Positions 29,701 through 32,000 of a stretch of DNA of 32,000 nucleotides are shown in pieces. The position numbers and the translations under genes are program-made. Under the pieces are notes generated by a model. That model was not told the origin of the DNA, made no database searches, and worked only from the letters and a program-made list of their open reading frames with translations. The stretch is from an uncultured bacterium (lineage in GTDB: Bacteria; Margulisbacteria; WOR-1; CAVSGV01). Position 1 is the first letter of the stretch. The number at the start of each line of letters is the position of its first letter. The stretch is taken from assembly GCA_963699255.1 (NCBI GenBank), contig OY969425.1:1-32000 (forward strand). Reading direction: 5' to 3'.

Positions 29701-29961
29701 GAGCTGAATAATATCGCTTACAAAACTTTCGGCGTAAGCCCAAGGCTTGTATTAAAGGCAAAAGTCGAGCTCGCGTACGCGCTAGCCAACTACGCGTTAA
29801 TAGCGAAGAAAGTGAAAGACAAGGATCCGGCACTTTACAACAGTTATATGGCCAAGGCAATGCAGTCGTTCGTTATCGCAAGGGGACTCTTTGCCACGGA
29901 ATACGCCTACAAGGCCGGCAAACTGATAGATGACCTCACGGCGACCCTGATCAAACAATAA
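26776..29961 (+). CDS. 1061-aa protein with a central glycoside hydrolase family 26-like domain
   Basis: MFEVWSDTWTYNPFPAAFCTEVDQHGHIPMVTWGP..KPFLLRPFHEMNLQDNCEWTAW..ATFVWCPNTRG..VDWLGVDGY..KPLMICETSSRPD matches the GH26 layout (RPFHEMN acid/base region, E-T-S nucleophile region). Confidence 0.85.
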   Translation: MSDPLNKISGSGSTNNIKKDVKPENKKKKDENMDVSVTFIPYGPDYAEVADCAFVFNPAQYMAQHQITGKTNKTDVSEESRLFVANFFKSGKESVDNANLESKTNFVAPIVSPEPFIRPFINSAVPDKTYVYNAALDAVQREEQEQFGSFNAKVKPVEGKCLLGAWFGVSPDENNSKSIFAVPTVVRSVTFDHSDLEALKKENLANLKTMLEKKGYTGKTALKPEKIDFIKAQLTPYISLDLDSAKDITADIPIEMKTVNKKISTMEDYRKKRDDFAALTGKAPKIEMMFEVWSDTWTYNPFPAAFCTEVDQHGHIPMVTWGPSGLPFNPTDDKSTYLDEFNKQLANKHGEIYEYAKNWAEEAKEYGKPFLLRPFHEMNLQDNCEWTAWMNGGEKGIAKFKKAWQNLYTLFKEVGADNATFVWCPNTRGYPLEDWNSKARDYFPGAEYVDWLGVDGYLKSEIKTGSEFPRFATVFGATIGKSTVPKSRIVGIFGAKDMSWRQYFVDPDDKDILFKPDIENELRKQANPGKDTKADPVKAERSRKLLKIYDEIPELSLLSKQYHKPLMICETSSRPDLYKAEYFTQLFGAAKAYDLSAVVLFNQNKLGMGGSAEDDWLIDAPIKGEKEELSAEAQIQLDQAARESKEAWQYVFDHLKDMGLPEPTKVLVAPERNPVLETFRNIGNDGSLLFDPKGISVNKIGVNNETPQDIKMPEREKDLNIKIRKRNTELKIYPQDIDIRMKVGEYQEELSGYQYLKVINEKIDPKEVLKKIGEQHQLAINELKKVPGSDRNYLKARAAMKEIYASWDSDDKDLKKYYRDQAKKISLEIIALTKDEKYIKPFSNKTALKFFDPGYTERELLGMRASAHVTIADIYAEWSEKENAKKEYTEALKILKNEEFQRSAYKDKLANSSAEYRQEKHYPDAGRDFLEACVYPVNWLTRDKDKDLKTSIAIGMAKVKTLDTKDTKTFDEGIEELNNIAYKTFGVSPRLVLKAKVELAYALANYALIAKKVKDKDPALYNSYMAKAMQSFVIARGLFATEYAYKAGKLIDDLTATLIKQ

Positions 29962-29963
29962 CA

Positions 29964-29988
29964 GGTCTTCTCCCGAAGGGCAAAGACC
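29964..29988 (+). terminator. Possible hairpin after the GH26 gene
   Basis: GGTCTT-ct-CCC-gaa-GGG-ca-AAGACC; no U tract. Confidence 0.35.
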
Positions 29989-30012
29989 GCGCAAAAATAT
30001 TTTAAAAACCAG

Positions 30013-30040
30013 TGAAATTTACGACGAAACCTGCCGATAT
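30013..30040 (+). promoter_or_regulatory. Sigma28/FliA-like promoter element, copy 9
   Basis: TGAAATTT-N12-GCCGATAT; closest copy to the textbook FliA -10 (GCCGATAA). Confidence 0.65.
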
Positions 30041-30106
30041 ATATATGTCGGAAATAAGGCCGAAAATCGACTTAACGCGGCCAAAATATATTAGGGGGAA
30101 ATACAA

Positions 30107-32000
30107 ATGGGTGAGCAAGTAAGACTGGGAACGACCACGGATTATTATAGTCCGCAGCCGATAGATGTAGGGCACGATAAAGTAACCGGAGAAGAAATAT
30201 ACAGGCAGAGAACTTACGCGAAATGCAGCGTGGGCAAACAGAGCAACCTGACATTGGATGCCGCGCTTGATGAGGTTGAATCAGAGAAGATAGATTATCT
30301 GAATAAAAAACAGCCGTCACAGGCCTTTGGATGCATGATCCAGGCAGCCGGACTTTACGGGAACAGGGACGACATTGGCGACCGGAAAAAAGCATATTTA
30401 TTGCTCCGCAAAATAATAGTCCTGGCAAGCAAAGATACGATAGAAAGAACGAAAAAGACCATTGCCTATGGCGTGCCGGGCGGAGAAATAACAACCGCTG
30501 AATTTGCAACATTTGACCCTAAGTTTTTGAAAGATCCCCAGGTGCAGGAAGCCCAGGCGAAGATCGCTATAGCTGATCTGGTCCTGAAGCAGCTGAACGA
30601 CAATGAGGTCCCGGATGTTAAGGTTGTAGACCCAAAGATCACAGACGCGACAGCCTACGCGATAAGCTGCTGCCAGTCCGCGAGAACCGCCCTTAACGCG
30701 TTTAAATACAAAGACGATTTCAATATAAGCAAGAGCTACATACTAGAGGCAAAATTGATGGCTTTGAGTAAAGCATCGGATGACGATGTCCGCGCGAAAC
30801 TTAAGTCAGCGCACATCGATTGGAACGCGATCAAAGACCGCGTTTCGGATGATCCGAATGTCAAAGATGAAAGCCTGAGGCCGGCCGGGATGAGCAAGGA
30901 TGACTACATTGAAGAGATCAGGAAAGGCACCGTATACATCAATGCGTGGGCGATGGTTGAAGACGCGCATCTTACCGACCAGAAGGTGAACGTCAGCACG
31001 GAGGACATATCCGCGAAGATAGGTTTATGCAGTGATGCTCATGTAATGCTTTCCGGCAAGGACACGGACAACGGCATAGACAAGGCAAAGGATTATATTA
31101 ACCACGACGCGTTTTTAACAGAGGCGAACCTTACCGCGAAACTTGCCCGCCTTAACATTAATGATCCGGACAAATATAGGGGCGGCTTGAATGACGCAAG
31201 GGCCCTGTATAAAGAAATATCGGAGAAAACCGCGTTCAGTGATATAAAAGCTATCGCGATCGCAGCAAAAATATCCATCGATATGGAGCTTGGCGAATTC
31301 ACATGGGATGACGCGAAAAGTGCTTTAGAGGCTTATTTTGATCCAACAACCAGCACATTTCCCCTTAAATCCCCATTCGCTGAAAATTCATTCACATACC
31401 TGTCCATGGAGCTCCTGGAGGCCCAGCTGAGGAATACAACGCAAAGGAAGAAAGTGTGGGTCCCCGGCTGCGGCGATTGCACATATAAAACGAAGACCGA
31501 AGTTGCTGATTATACCCTCGCGGGGATAAGGACGGACAACGTGAAAAAGGCCATTAAAGCCAGATCAGTTAAGGCGGTCAGGGATCCGGAGGCGCTGAAC
31601 GACCTTAATATCAGGGCAAGTCTTGAACACGCCAGATCAACAGCTTTGGAAGGCATAGCGCTAAGGGACGATATCGCCAAAAGGGCGAAATTCAATGACG
31701 ACGCCATAAAAGAGCTTACGGATATCCTGGGCCCCACCGGCCTTAATGAAACCACGGACAATATATTGAACAATCTCGGCGGCAAGAGAAAAATGGAAAG
31801 CTCCTTCTATGTGACGCTGTGGGGGGAATGGGCGAATTACCTGGAGCAGATAGCGTGGCTGGACAGCAAGGATAAGCCGGGAGACATGAACATATTTAAA
31901 GCCGCCAATGACAAATACGATGAAACAATAAAGCTCTGCGGTTATTCAAAGGCCACATATGACAAAGGGGTAGCGGGGCAGGAAAGCGCCAGGAAGCAAA
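30107..32000 (+). CDS. Large unknown protein, truncated by the window edge (at least 631 aa)
   Basis: ATG with SD agggggaa; the frame starting MGEQVRLGTTTDYYSPQPIDVGHDKVTGEE stays open to 32000. Absent from the ORF track because it has no stop in the window. Confidence 0.85.
   Translation, partial: MGEQVRLGTTTDYYSPQPIDVGHDKVTGEEIYRQRTYAKCSVGKQSNLTLDAALDEVESEKIDYLNKKQPSQAFGCMIQAAGLYGNRDDIGDRKKAYLLLRKIIVLASKDTIERTKKTIAYGVPGGEITTAEFATFDPKFLKDPQVQEAQAKIAIADLVLKQLNDNEVPDVKVVDPKITDATAYAISCCQSARTALNAFKYKDDFNISKSYILEAKLMALSKASDDDVRAKLKSAHIDWNAIKDRVSDDPNVKDESLRPAGMSKDDYIEEIRKGTVYINAWAMVEDAHLTDQKVNVSTEDISAKIGLCSDAHVMLSGKDTDNGIDKAKDYINHDAFLTEANLTAKLARLNINDPDKYRGGLNDARALYKEISEKTAFSDIKAIAIAAKISIDMELGEFTWDDAKSALEAYFDPTTSTFPLKSPFAENSFTYLSMELLEAQLRNTTQRKKVWVPGCGDCTYKTKTEVADYTLAGIRTDNVKKAIKARSVKAVRDPEALNDLNIRASLEHARSTALEGIALRDDIAKRAKFNDDAIKELTDILGPTGLNETTDNILNNLGGKRKMESSFYVTLWGEWANYLEQIAWLDSKDKPGDMNIFKAANDKYDETIKLCGYSKATYDKGVAGQESARKQ

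Noticed and set aside
8605-30512. Many 60-200 aa ORFs antisense to the large genes (for example 9865-10338, 26970-27572, 27439-27990)
   Set aside because: Shadow ORFs typical of codon bias; they lack SD sequences, recognisable motifs, and any promoter-like element.

Overview
The window opens with a near-complete 16S rRNA gene (about 42-1561, +) with no 23S or 5S rRNA behind it. Housekeeping genes follow: an M23 peptidase, an extended thiE, and a leuC-leuD-leuB block on the minus strand. From about 8.4 kb to the right edge there is a 23.5 kb accessory-looking + strand locus of large, divergent proteins. It contains: a tandem pair of ~900-aa proteins (GT5-like plus nucleotidyltransferase-like plus LbH-like segments); a 1004-aa protein resembling an NDK-guanylate kinase-HD fusion; two SAM-methyltransferase-like proteins (one TGS1-like); a highly altered PurA-like protein; a GT2 glycosyltransferase whose motifs are split over two overlapping ORFs; a GH26-containing protein; and a large unclassified protein running off the window. 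The strongest signal not explained by ordinary annotation is a recurrent 28-bp element, TGAAATTT-N12-nnCGATA(A/T). I found nine copies with identical spacing, all upstream of these unusual genes, including two isolated minus-strand genes at 1.8-3.3 kb. I found none next to thiE or leu. It resembles a sigma28/FliA-type promoter and would tie the strange genes into one regulon. One of the isolated genes (1833-2276) is made of three degenerate repeats built from motifs also found in the split GT2 protein. All family calls are by-eye motif recognition; no database search was run.
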